Assembly (NCBI GenBank): GCA_002633005.1
Contig: NMRA01000043.1
Span: 524,018 to 588,017 of the forward strand
Source: Phoronis australis
Taxonomy: Eukaryota; Animalia; Phoronida
Reading direction: 5' to 3'
Length of the DNA: 64,000 bases
Shown: positions 62,290 to 64,000 of the stretch, in pieces
How positions within the stretch are numbered: position 1 is the stretch's first letter
Layout: each line of letters opens with the position of its first letter
Notes under the pieces: model-generated
Database searches by the model: none
Seen by the model: the letters and a program-made list of their open reading frames with translations, nothing else
Told to the model about the DNA's origin: nothing
Translations under genes and position numbers: made by a program

Positions 62290-62599
62290 CTAAAAAAGAA
62301 AATTTCTCATGAACAGATCAACATGAATAAAAATTCTAACATATATGTTGAATGGATGATAGATTCTAACATACATGTTCAATGGATGATAACCATTTTC
62401 AGATATAGCGGCAACATAAATGAAATATGTCCTGTCGCTAGATGGCGATACCGTAATGAGTAGACAGCATTTTGCATTATTAAATGGAGACTTAATGCAG
62501 TGGGATTTCCAAGATTTTTTAAGAATTCCCTGCTACCGTTCAAAAATTCCAAAGTTTTGAAACGCGCGTACATGAAAGAAATTGCATTTTGTCCCTGTC

Positions 62600-63420
62600 T
62601 TAAATAAACTCTAAATCTCTTTCAATTGTTTCCACCATCTTAGGGCACACGAGCCTCACCGCAAAAAAAAAATTGGCACTAAGGGTTGCCACAGTTGTCG
62701 AACATGTCCGAAAATCAGTGTTAGCTGCAGTCTTCTCATAAGGAAACCATCTGCCCATTTTCATAATGATCCTTTAAGTGGTTTGGTAGATAAAAAGGCG
62801 GATATCAAAAACATACTCAATTTTTTATAAATTACCACCACGTCAAATCACTACGTCAAATCCACCTGAAAAGGATAAGACGCCATTGACTCTTTAATAG
62901 ATAACTATTTGCCAGATTTCATGAAAATTCCGCATAGAACTCCCAAGATACAGCGACAAAACTTAAAAACTAATACTGCCACTAGGGGCCACACCATTAG
63001 TCGGATTGGTCTGAAACTGTTATCATCTTCATAGGAACATATCTACTATATTTTACAAAGTTCCTCCAAAAAGTAAAGGAAATACAGCCCTGTACGCAAA
63101 AAACATTGCCACTAAGGGTTGCCACAGTAGTCAAACCCATACAAAAATCTGTGTCAGCGCAGTCTTCTTATCTGGAACACATCTGCCAACTTTCATGATG
63201 ATCCTTTGAGTGGTTTGGGGGGATAGGAAGGCAGGAGTCAAAAACAAACTCAAAATTCTTTTAAATTGCCACCAGGTCGCACAGAATATATGTCAAATCC
63301 ACCCAAAAATGGGAAGGTGTCATCGTCTCTTTTACTTGCTAAATTTCATGAAAATCCATCGAGGAACTCTAAAGATACATAGGCAAATGTAAAAAAAACT
63401 AAAAGTGCCACTAGGGACAT
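62600..63420 (-). mobile_element. HINE-like tandem core repeats
   Basis: Repeated GCCACTA(A/G)GG..GCCACAGT(A/T)GTC and TTTCATGA(T/A)(G/A)ATCC units. Confidence 0.7.
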
Positions 63421-63527
63421 AGTTGCACTGGCTATAATATTACAAATGAAGAGAAACATTATACAAAACTTTTTATACATTTTCTTGAAACTAGATTACT
63501 TCTGTATACTGCTTTAAATTCTACTAC

Positions 63528-63697
63528 CTGTGACCAACAAGGCGGGGTTTTCTAGGTCAGATGGAAGGTCACAGACCACAACGCCGTGACGAGAGGCCAC
63601 CTCTTCACACCTCTGACCATAAACAAGAAGTACCTGTTTCTTATCATCATCTGAGTATGACGTGTAGAGAATTACACGGCAGTAGTCTTCGCCATAC
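63528..63697 (-). CDS. Kelch-repeat (probably KLHL-type) protein, most 5' exon in the window (170 bp); gene continues beyond 64000
   Basis: ttgttcag / GTAGTA; YGEDYCRVILYTSY...CDLPSDLENPALLVT; phase 1 end fits the next exon. The seven exons total 970 nt in one open frame. An upstream BTB-BACK domain is inference only. Confidence 0.75.
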
Positions 63698-63803
63698 CTG
63701 AACAAAAAGATCACCAAGGGGCTCTCAACATACTCCAGGTAAATATTCAAGGCATTAAAAGTGACAAATTAAAACAGCTACTCAGTGGTCATTAGGTCGA
63801 ACA

Positions 63804-63884
63804 AAGGGTGATCATTTCAAAGGGTGATCATTTCAAAGGGTGATCATTTCAAAGGGTGATCATTTCAAAGGGTGATCATTTCAA
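63804..63884. repeat. 16-bp minisatellite x5
   Basis: Unit AAAGGGTGATCATTTC. Confidence 0.95.
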
Positions 63885-64000
63885 ATCGGGGGTCAATATT
63901 TACCCATCTGCCCATGACATTTCTGAAGAACTTATTGATACATTTCCAGATTTTCTAACAAAATAGATGATTCATTTGCAATCGTGAAAGTTAGATACCT

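Overview
AT-rich animal genomic DNA with spliceosomal introns; protein and repeat style suggest a marine invertebrate, possibly a lophotrochozoan (inference). Four protein-coding genes can be spliced by hand with GT-AG junctions and consistent phases: a MOGAT2/DGAT2-family acyltransferase (- strand, 4 coding exons, 339 aa), an Nck/Dock SH3-SH3-SH3-SH2 adaptor (+ strand, 405 aa, probably with a ~22 kb first intron), NXT/p15 NTF2-related export protein (+ strand, 4 exons, 139 aa) and the last 7 exons of a kelch-repeat protein (- strand, 5' end beyond the window). Introns and intergenic DNA are full of non-autonomous DNA transposons: Kolobok-type (two with THAP relics, one also with a KolX-like relic), PIF/Harbinger, hAT, Tc1/mariner MITEs and Helentron/HINE-like elements, several nested. 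There is one 572-nt N gap and one probable haplotype-join artefact. I see no CRISPR, rRNA or tRNA, and no clear novel multi-gene system. The best leads are tandem duplications anchored exactly on splice sites in two genes, several candidate in-frame alternative N-terminal exons for Nck, a possible head-to-head MOGAT/Nck promoter, a coding-like island in the Nck 3' region and composite or self-nested transposons. All coordinates were read by eye and no database searches were run.
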